Virus record (IMG/VR): IMGVR_UViG_3300028591_000136
Span: 37,108 to 101,107 of that record
Direction: 5' to 3' (one strand)
DNA length: 64,000 bases
From: a virus
Taxonomy: Duplodnaviria > Caudoviricetes
Of the stretch, positions 39,258-48,289 are shown piece by piece. Made by a program: the position numbers and the translations under genes. The notes beneath the pieces were generated by a model that was not told the origin of the DNA, did no database searches, and saw only the letters and a program-made list of their open reading frames with translations. The stretch's first letter is position 1; each line of letters begins with the position of its first letter.

Positions 39258-39317
39258 GTGTGATCCTGGAGGCTGCGTATGAAAAATTACGTAATAGGGT
39301 TCGAATCCCTACACACA
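39258..39317 (+). ncRNA. Minimal tRNA-like element with reduced D arm, upstream of primase
   Basis: GTGTG/CACAC, TGCGTA/TACGTA and TAGGG-TTCGAAT-CCCTA. Confidence 0.45.
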
Positions 39318-39341
39318 ACAATACTAAGAGCTTATAAGCCA

Positions 39342-40325
39342 ATGTATAGTACAAAAACAGCAATTACAATGAGTCTTAGAGACTTATTGGATAAAGTTGA
39401 TGACTATACTATCTATTCTTATTATCTAGGCCCATTTAAGCCTGGAAAACTAATGAATAGTCCTTTACGAAGTGATGATAAAATGCCATCATTTGCAATA
39501 TTTGCAACTAAAGATGGTGCTTTATTATTTAAAGATCATGGAACTGGAGTAGCAGGTAATGCACTTAAATTCATGAAACTTTATAGAGGTATTCAAACAA
39601 GAGAAGAACTTGAACGAGAATTGCTGAAAATTGTAAGAAGAACAAATCCAGAATTAAACGCTACAACTGTAACAAGAGGTAGATTAGTTACATCTGGATT
39701 ACCAGCAGATATCGGAATAGTTCGTCAACCATTTACGGAAATAGACAAGAAATATTGGAAACAATTTCATATTTCTATCGACACATTAAAACGATTCAAT
39801 GTGTTTAGTATTAAATATTATCTTTGTAATAGAGTCGTCAGAGGAACCTACAAAGATAACAGCCCTATGTATGCCTATAAGGTTTATGATAAGTTTAAAA
39901 TTTATAGACCTTTAGCCTCAAAGTATACTAAATGGCGTACCAATCTGACAAATCGGCACGTTCAGGGGTTAGCCGAGTTGCCCTACGAGGGGGGTAATCT
40001 GCTGATAATCACTAAGTCTTTAAAAGACGTTATGTGTTTATACGAGATGGGATTTAATGCTATATCTCCGTCTAGTGAGACTACATTTATACCTGATGAT
40101 ATATTGAAGTCTCTTAGATATAAATGGAAGCATATTGTTATACTATTCGATCGAGATGCAACGGGAATGAAAAAAGCTCGTGAATATAGTAAACGATATA
40201 AGATAGATGCTATATTTGTCAATAAAAAGTTTAAAGCGAAGGACATATCCGACGCTGTTCGAGATAATTCGTTCTTCGCAGTAAAAGAATGGTTAACAAA
40301 AACAGTAGAAAGATATGATAGCTAA
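39342..40325 (+). CDS. DNA primase (crAss-type, TOPRIM)
   Basis: SPLRSDDKMPSF, FKDHGTG, IITKSLKDVM, LFDRDATG and KDISD. True start probably 39342 (MYSTKTA). Confidence 0.88.
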   Translation: MYSTKTAITMSLRDLLDKVDDYTIYSYYLGPFKPGKLMNSPLRSDDKMPSFAIFATKDGALLFKDHGTGVAGNALKFMKLYRGIQTREELERELLKIVRRTNPELNATTVTRGRLVTSGLPADIGIVRQPFTEIDKKYWKQFHISIDTLKRFNVFSIKYYLCNRVVRGTYKDNSPMYAYKVYDKFKIYRPLASKYTKWRTNLTNRHVQGLAELPYEGGNLLIITKSLKDVMCLYEMGFNAISPSSETTFIPDDILKSLRYKWKHIVILFDRDATGMKKAREYSKRYKIDAIFVNKKFKAKDISDAVRDNSFFAVKEWLTKTVERYDS

Positions 40326-40455
40326 CATATTAATTGCAATAGGTTTCTTCTTCGTAGGTCTTACTACAGGCATTTGTTTAACAGCAAATGCTTATCGTAA
40401 AGCCTTAAACGAATGGAAGAAGGAGATGAAACACTTAATAGTGTATGAACTCTAA
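40315..40455 (+). CDS. Small membrane protein (46 aa)
   Basis: One TM helix; bridges primase and nuclease genes. Confidence 0.5.
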   Translation: MIANILIAIGFFFVGLTTGICLTANAYRKALNEWKKEMKHLIVYEL

Positions 40456-40846
40456 AGGTAAAGTAAAGAACGCGACAGCTGTCGATGCGTATGGAATACA
40501 TTTTCGAAGTAAACTTGAACTCTATACGTATGAAGCTTTTATGAAAGCTGGAATCCCAGTTAAATATGAGCCAAAGCACTTTACTTTATTACCCAAGTTT
40601 ACTTACCTTGGAGAAAATATACGTGCTATTACTTATCTGCCTGACTTTATTGGTCGTGGATTTGTAGTAGAGTGTAAAGGCTTAATGGGTGATTCGTTTC
40701 CATTAAGATATAAACTCTTCAAGTATTACTTAAAGCGTCATCATTCCAAGATGCGCTGCTACCTGGTGAGAAATCATAAACAGGTAGATGAAATGATTGC
40801 AGAACTAAAAGTCAGACAAGAAAATGGAAAAAATGAAAAACAATAA
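40445..40846 (+). CDS. PD-(D/E)XK endonuclease (DUF1064 / T7 endonuclease I-like)
   Basis: FRSKLE...YLPDF...VECKG. Confidence 0.8.
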   Translation: MNSKGKVKNATAVDAYGIHFRSKLELYTYEAFMKAGIPVKYEPKHFTLLPKFTYLGENIRAITYLPDFIGRGFVVECKGLMGDSFPLRYKLFKYYLKRHHSKMRCYLVRNHKQVDEMIAELKVRQENGKNEKQ

Positions 40847-41606
40847 CAATTTCGTTAATAGTAATGGTCACATAATTCCTAAACCTTCCGGTATAGATTA
40901 CGAGCTTAAACCTGGTAAAGTTTACGCTTTGGTACATGATCGTGATTTGTATATGGATTATTTAGAGGAGGATAAAGATTTTGAATTCCCTAAGACATAC
41001 TATTTGAATGATAAAGATAATAAGTTTATAAACAAGACTATTGATACATTCAATAAGACTGAGAAGATGACAACAGGTATCTTACTTAGTGGTATGAAGG
41101 GTTCAGGTAAGACTCTTATGGCTAAGAAAATAGCTAAGGAATCTGGTCTTCCTATAATTGTAGTAGACAGTAAGGTATCATCTGATGATATCGAGCCGTT
41201 CTTTGCAAAGATTACGGATGATGTGTGTGTTATTTTTGACGAAATAGACAAATATTGGACTACTCGTTACCTTCTTACTTTTCTTGATGGTGTAAAACCA
41301 ACTTGTAAAAAGATGGTTATTGCAACATGTAACGATGAAAAGGAAATTAGTTCGTATTTGAACGATAGGTGTTCACGTATACGCTATAAGAAGCGCTTCG
41401 GCGGTCTTTCTAAGGATACCGTAGAAGGAATTATAAATGATATTGTTGGAGATAAGAATAAGGCTAATGCTGCTGCAGAATATATTTGTAGCAACGTTGA
41501 GACTATATCTTACGACAATGTTATTATCTTCGGTGAGGAAATAAAGAATAATCCCGATGATTCCTTTGATGATATCATCGAGTTCCTTAATATTGCTAAG
41601 AGGTAA
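40824..41606 (+). CDS. AAA+ ATPase
   Basis: GMKGSGKT, IFDEIDK, ATCN and RCSRI. Confidence 0.88.
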   Translation: MEKMKNNNNFVNSNGHIIPKPSGIDYELKPGKVYALVHDRDLYMDYLEEDKDFEFPKTYYLNDKDNKFINKTIDTFNKTEKMTTGILLSGMKGSGKTLMAKKIAKESGLPIIVVDSKVSSDDIEPFFAKITDDVCVIFDEIDKYWTTRYLLTFLDGVKPTCKKMVIATCNDEKEISSYLNDRCSRIRYKKRFGGLSKDTVEGIINDIVGDKNKANAAAEYICSNVETISYDNVIIFGEEIKNNPDDSFDDIIEFLNIAKR

Positions 41607-41737
41607 TGTTGTTGTTATTACAAATATTAGGTTTTGCAGGAGGTTTCTTTGGAGCCATGTGGCTTCTTAGATGGTCAATGAACAAAGATATAGTTATTAC
41701 CTTTAAACCTTTTTCTGTAAAAATTGAGAAACGATAA
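41606..41737 (+). CDS. Small membrane protein (43 aa)
   Basis: TAATG overlaps on both sides. Confidence 0.55.
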   Translation: MLLLLQILGFAGGFFGAMWLLRWSMNKDIVITFKPFSVKIEKR

Positions 41738-42750
41738 TGGATATTAGTATTCCATACTACGAGGACCTTTCTAGGATCTCGAATTCGAACATAGGCTGGT
41801 TTCTAAACAAGGGGCCAGCCTATTTACATAAGATGCTTACAGATCCTCCACCTGAGGAAAAGAACCCAGTGTTGGAGCGTGGAACTATGATCCATGAATA
41901 TTTGTTGCAGCCAGAAGAGTTCCAAAAAGACTATGTAGTCTGGAGCAAAAGTAGACCTTTTTCTGCACAGCAGGAGAAGTTCTGTCAGGCCTTAGCATCT
42001 TCATTAGAAATAGAGCCAAATAGAGCCATTCTAGACGCCTATAAACAGGCATATAGTACAGCAGGAAAGTCAGAAGACAAAATGCTGTCAGAAGGCCTTA
42101 AAATAGCCTCTACGTTGAAGGATTATATCGACTTCCTTAAGTCAGATGATAAGAGGATTATGATTACTCCTTCAGAAGCAAAAATGCTTGAGAAAATCAA
42201 GCAAAACATACTTGCTCACAAACTTGCTTATCCTATAATAGAAGCATCTAAAGTATTACGAGATAGTAATGATAATGTGATATTTGAAAACCATCATGAG
42301 TTTCACATCAATTGGACATACTATGTAAAAATGGCAGCTGGAGTAGAATGTAAATCATTGTTAGATGGTCTTATGTTAGACTTTAGAAATAAAAAAGCTA
42401 CAATATACGATCTAAAGACTACAGCTAAACTGTGGCACTTTGAAGAAAGTATAGAGATGTATGACTATTGCAGACAGCTATGTTTCTATTATCAAGCAGT
42501 TGTTTGGTATTTAAAATACGAACTAAAAGAAGATCCTAATAGTTGGACTTATGATTGGTATATTATAGGAATTGATACTACAGGATCGAATGAAATTCGT
42601 GTATTTAAACTTGACTACTACATGATTGATTCTCGTAAAGAAACAATAATGAATGCGATGAAAGAGATTATGTGGCATCAAGATCACAATTTGTGGGAAC
42701 ATAGTAGAGAATATTATGAAGGCGATGGCTCAGAGTCATTGAACCTATGA
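41737..42750 (+). CDS. PD-(D/E)XK exonuclease (RecE/ExoVIII-like)
   Basis: ISNS, GTMIHEYLL, KSLLD...DLKTT and YCRQLCFY. Confidence 0.85.
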   Translation: MDISIPYYEDLSRISNSNIGWFLNKGPAYLHKMLTDPPPEEKNPVLERGTMIHEYLLQPEEFQKDYVVWSKSRPFSAQQEKFCQALASSLEIEPNRAILDAYKQAYSTAGKSEDKMLSEGLKIASTLKDYIDFLKSDDKRIMITPSEAKMLEKIKQNILAHKLAYPIIEASKVLRDSNDNVIFENHHEFHINWTYYVKMAAGVECKSLLDGLMLDFRNKKATIYDLKTTAKLWHFEESIEMYDYCRQLCFYYQAVVWYLKYELKEDPNSWTYDWYIIGIDTTGSNEIRVFKLDYYMIDSRKETIMNAMKEIMWHQDHNLWEHSREYYEGDGSESLNL

Positions 42751-43187
42751 GCAATATATACAAAGTAATTATACCTTTGATTGATGAGAATATATCACTT
42801 GATGATATTCAGGATGATACATTTGTTGATTGTTATGTAGAGGATATAAATCGTCCCTTTCTTGACAATCATATATTTCTCATGTACAAATGGGATAATA
42901 AAAAATCGTCAAAGGTTTTCTATAAGTTCAGAGATATAAAATCTTTTTATGGATATAAAATTGTGTATATTAATGGAAAAAGCTATATAATATACACGTT
43001 TACGTCTAATGCTAATATACGGCGTTTAATAAATGGAAATGTATTATTAGGTGATTTGACTAAACTGCGTATTTTACGATTTTGGCAGTTTACAGATAAA
43101 TGGGTCATGTTTAATATCATGCGTGGAACCGTGATGTGTGACCCACCTAATAATATTTTGCCAGAAGAAGATTATATCGAAGAATAA
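42747..43187 (+). CDS. Hypothetical protein
   Basis: 146-aa ORF; last gene of the plus-strand block. Confidence 0.8.
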   Translation: MSNIYKVIIPLIDENISLDDIQDDTFVDCYVEDINRPFLDNHIFLMYKWDNKKSSKVFYKFRDIKSFYGYKIVYINGKSYIIYTFTSNANIRRLINGNVLLGDLTKLRILRFWQFTDKWVMFNIMRGTVMCDPPNNILPEEDYIEE

Positions 43188-43235
43188 AATAAAAGGACAG
43201 GTGTGCAGAAATAGCACACTTGCCCTTTTTTATTT
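43186..43235. terminator. Bidirectional terminator between convergent blocks
   Basis: A-tract, GGACAGGTGTGC-AGAAATA-GCACACTTGCCC, T-tract. Confidence 0.8.
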
Positions 43236-43292
43236 GTATATATTTTAATACAACAATACATAAGATACGCGAGATTTTTGCGTACTTATTTG

Positions 43293-46200
43293 TTAATAAA
43301 CAATTTTGTTTTTCTTTCCTCCGCTTTTACTTGAAGATTTTATTCCTTGTTCTTTTTCCCAAGTAGATTTATTAGGAATTAAGAAATTGTTAGGAGATAC
43401 ACCTTGGTACCAGTTTAAAGTAGACTTAATACCAGAAGTATGCCAGTTACGAATAACATTATCTAAACCAGTTGCTCCTGTAATCTTCATTATATCTCTA
43501 GTACCTCTTGTCATACCTTTATATCCTCCAGAACGAACCATTTCGTTTCTATCGTGTCCATTTATCTCGAACAAATCCATAAATAGTTCAAGCGAATATC
43601 CTAAATCATCAAGATAAGATTTTGCTGTTGATGGAGAACTAATCAACTCTGTAACTGTACCAGGCCAATAGAACGTTGAACGCTCTGTGAAAGTTCTAGT
43701 AGCAAGTAAAGCTAATTTCCAACGTGTCCAGTTTAACATTTTATCACCAGCATTATTACCGTTGAACTCAAGTATACCTCTATCTTCTCCTTCTGGATCA
43801 AATATATTTAATGTCCACATAGGTTCCTTATCGTCGTCATAATCGTTTGTTCTAGCAAACGCTATAGACCATACCATTAAGAAAGCACAAGCTCCGATAA
43901 TAGCTACTTCAGTTAATATACGATTTACAGCATATTTTTGATCATTTGTTAGCTGTCTAATATCTTTGTGCGTAATTAAAGCTTTTACATTCTGAATATA
44001 TTTGTAAAATCCTTTTAATGCACTAAACCACAAACCGTTACCAAATTCTCCAGTTTCAAAATTAACAGAACCAGCAGAATCAGAAGTATACATATTAAAT
44101 TTATTTGATTCAATTTCTTCTTGGGTAGCATAATCATATCCAGTTCTTGCTCTTTCCCAATATGTATTTACATAAAAGTTGCGCATAAGAGTTAAGAATG
44201 AACCAAATACATTCTGTTGAATAGCTGCTTTTTCTGTTTGAGGGATTATACCATTATACACAGAAGTTCTATCTCTAAGTCTACCAGCTATTTGATTTTC
44301 AAGTTTTTTATTTATATACTGTTTAAAATCATCTTTAATTTTTAATAAACCATCTTCTTGATAATAAGCCTGACGTAGAGTTGTTTTTTCTGATTCCCAT
44401 TTATCTATAGCATCTTTTTCAGTATATCCGTGTTTAGTATATATATCAATAGCGTCTGTCTTAGACATAAATTTTTTAGATTTCCCGTCTGGCATCTATA
44501 CGAGTCTATAATGATTGTATGTTGCACCAAGAATCATAGTATTTATAAGATAATCAGCCATTGTATAACCACCCATTCTAGTTTCAGAAAGTAATCTGCT
44601 CCATCTAGATTGGTCGGTTCTACCAAATATATCAGAATTACTTTTAGATAATTGATTATACTACATAGCAGCTACCATCCAATCATCTACAACAGGATTA
44701 CCTAAATTAGCTATTACGTTAGGTAACGATTTAAATGCCTACCAATAACCTTTTCGTAAATCTTCGGTTGTAAAATATTTACCACCTACAGCGTCTGCTA
44801 TTGATCCAAGTAATGCATCAAGATAACCTACTTCAATTGTAGTAAAATTCAATGCAAGCATTGACATCGATGCTAAGCTTCTAAATTTCTTAGAAATCTA
44901 CATTGTTGACTTCTAGAATTTAGAATACGTTTTAGTTTCATCTCCACCAAGTTTAGATTCTTTACCATATATTCTATAATCCATAAGCTACTTCATTTTC
45001 TGATACTGTTTTGGTAGCTTATTTTTATCAGATTGTTTAGATTTTGTATTAGGATTAATGGCTTCTTGTATAAGCTCAAATGCTGGTAGTTTTTCGGACT
45101 TTAGTTTATAATTAAGTGCCATATCATAATATAATAATACAGAACCTAACACATCAGAAGATATAATAGAAGGATCCTACAATCGCTTTACAAAACGTAC
45201 AGGTATATTATTTACTATAGTACCGTCTGGACGTCTTGGTAAATCCCAATTCGTAGAAACATCAGTATCCTGCTACATCAAACTATCATCAAATTCTGGT
45301 TTACCATCTTTGCCGAACTTTAAACCAGTCCAATCCTATAAACCATAGTTTAACGAAGCAAATAAATCAGCAGAACTTCTACTTCTACCAAGTATAGACA
45401 TACCTCTACCTGTTATTTGAGGAAGTAAGAAACGACGTTCTATAGCCTTAGAAGGAATCATGTCGTTAGCTTTTTCCATAAGCTATATAAGTTTATCATA
45501 TAACTTTTTATATCCTTCATTTTCTAATATCTTTTGATAGTTATCGTTAGTATAATCTACAGTACCCTAAACTCGTTTCGTACCTTCTTTTCTAACTTTT
45601 GGCTACATGGAGTATTTAATCTCCTTTTTGTATTTAGTATTTACAAAATCTGAAGATTCATCTAATTCTGAAAATTGACTAGAATATTGATATATAGTGG
45701 TAGGTATAGATTCTCCTCCTTCTTTCTTTATGCTAAAAGAATTAGGAGAAGTCATACTGAATACTTTAAGATAACGCTGCCGTCCTTTATAATCTGTGTA
45801 CGTGAATAATTTCTTAAATTTTTCAGCAGCAGAATCGTCTGCGTCTATTTCATAATTCCAACGTTCTCCAAGCCAGTCTAAGAATTTTTTATCAGTTTCT
45901 TTAGTAGAAGATACTAAGAATGAATGTATATACTCTTCAGTTTCCTACTTTTCTTCTGGACGAATTTTAATTTCTTCCATTTGTTGTTCAAGACGTTGTA
46001 ATTCTTCCCATACGCTTGTGTCTGTATTTATACCGAATCCAAGTAAATCAAGATTAGGTTGAGTAAAACCACCACGTCTCTTTATATGCTCTATAATAGC
46101 TCTATGTCTATCAGCAAGTTCTCTATACTCTTGTTTTTGTTTAGGAGCTTTACGTAATATATATTTCCAAAATTCTGGATTAATTACCTGTATACGATTA

Positions 46201-48287
46201 TCTGCTAAAAATTGCTTATATTCAGGACTATCTTTTTCAAATTTACTTAACGCAGCATTAAACTTTTCGTCGTTTTGCTTATATTTAACATGGTCAGCTA
46301 TATATCTATTCCAATTAGTTATCTATCTTGCAATCTCAGCATCTTCTCCTTGTTTTTCTTTAAGAGTTACAGTGCCGTCAGATAAACTATTGAATATATA
46401 AGGACAAGCTAACTCTCTCTTTTCTTTACGTAAATCAGCTAAACGTTGACGTTCTACCTGAGTAAGTTTTGAAGAATCTATAAATCCATCTTCTGTCATA
46501 CCTTTCTACGAAAGTATATCAATCTGATGTTGTATTAATTGTTGAGCTTGTAAGGCAGCGGGAGATAGGAATCTACGCTTTTTCTTATAGTATTCTAATT
46601 TATAACGACGTTCACAATGTGTATTTAGCCATTCATCTAACTCGTCATAATATTGATTATATATAGAATTATCAGCTGTATGATCCTCTTCTGGAAATAT
46701 TAAATCATAACCATCATTGTATTCGTTATATTTCCATTTAAGACCTTTCTTAGCATATTTATCTCTTAATGAAGCTTCAAATGTATCTTTATCTTTATAG
46801 AACTTACCATAGTTTCTGTCGCGAACAAAATATCCTGTGAATTTACCAGAGGTTCCATCTTCACCATCCATTTCCATAAATAGTTTCTGGAAGTTTTTGA
46901 AATCTACTTGCGAACCTGCCGGTCTTACTTTGTTGTATAGTCGTATAAGTTCGTTACCTTTTTTAAGTATTTCTCTATTCTTTTCAAACTCTATATCAGA
47001 CATCATTTTCTCAACAATGTTGATAACAGAACTTCTAGAACGAGATGCCATACCTAAAGCTATTTCACCAGCAGCAAGATCGCCATATACAGTATCTTGT
47101 TCTATCCAACGTATCATATTACGAATAAACGTATCTTTATCCTTAACTGCATCAGATTCATATACAAAATCAGTTAGAACTTTCTTAGCGTATGGAATAG
47201 CAACTTTGTCTTGGTAGTCTTGTTGCATACTATCTACCACACGCTATAGAGATGTTGTAAGCTCTAAAAGATCTTGAGAATACATTGTTTCTTGATCTTC
47301 TTTACTCAGTTTTTGTTTCTCTTCGTCAGATAAAGTAGATAATTCTAACGCTTTCTGCGCACGTAGCTTATTTAACTCTCCTACCTTAGAATCGTTTGTA
47401 AACAGTTTATATAATTGAGATAGAATGCCATCATAATATCCAAGAAGATCATAGCGAATGTAATTAATCTGTTGAGGATCCCATGTAGATATATCTTTAC
47501 TAACAAGTTGCTCGTCTATAAATCTACGAGTCTTAAGAATTTCTTGTTCAGCATTAATTAAGAATTGTTCAATCTATTTGAACATTTCATCAATATCTTC
47601 CGGATTTACATTCTCTATCTGAGCTAATTGATCTTTCAAATCATTAATAAGCTTTGTTTGCTTAGTTGTACGATTTAAATGAGAACGTAATCTAGTTTTA
47701 GTACCCTCCTTGATAATGTTAAGAGTTTCTTTATCTAAGTTCTTCTGTATAGACTCTGCATGCTGCAAACCAGTAACTATTTCAAGATCTCTATACAATA
47801 AACTTAAAACTACTTGTTTTTCTTGATTTGATAAATCTTTTCTGGTTTTAAGTTTACTTATTTCGTCTAAATCAAACTGTTTGCGAGCATTATCCTTGAC
47901 TTTTAAAATAGCATTAGACAACTCGTCTTCTTTTAATTCAGAAGATTTTTTATATTGTTCAATTACAGATTTAATATACTCTTCTCTATGTATATTTATG
48001 ACCTATAATAATTGTTGAGAATCTTGAAATTGTATAGGAGTTTCTGTCTTTTTATTAAATATTATTTCAGAAGATAATTTAGATATAGTAGTTTTTCTAT
48101 CTCCATTATTCTAAGAAAGAGCTTCCGTAAATTCCGAAGAATCGGAAAGACCTGGATGATTTCCAAGTCCTTCCCCTTCGGTTTTATTCCATATATAATA
48201 CGCAAGATCTTCTCCAAGCGCATCTACAATCTCTTCAAACTCTTTCTTTATATTTTTATTGTTTAAATTTGGACAAAATGCTTGCAT
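43293..48287 (-). CDS. Giant virion (probably ejected) protein adjacent to the vRNAP, TAG-recoded (1664 aa)
   Basis: ATG 48287 (MQAFCPNLNN...). Fragments 47574-47921, 46506-47240 and 43293-44495 are in one frame, with TAG interruptions in the stretches read. TAA at 43293. Confidence 0.8.
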
Positions 48288-48289
48288 AA

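Noticed and set aside
39279-39341. Primase start at 39279
   Set aside because: It lies inside a tRNA-like structure. ATG 39342 carries the shared motif and MYSTKTA start.
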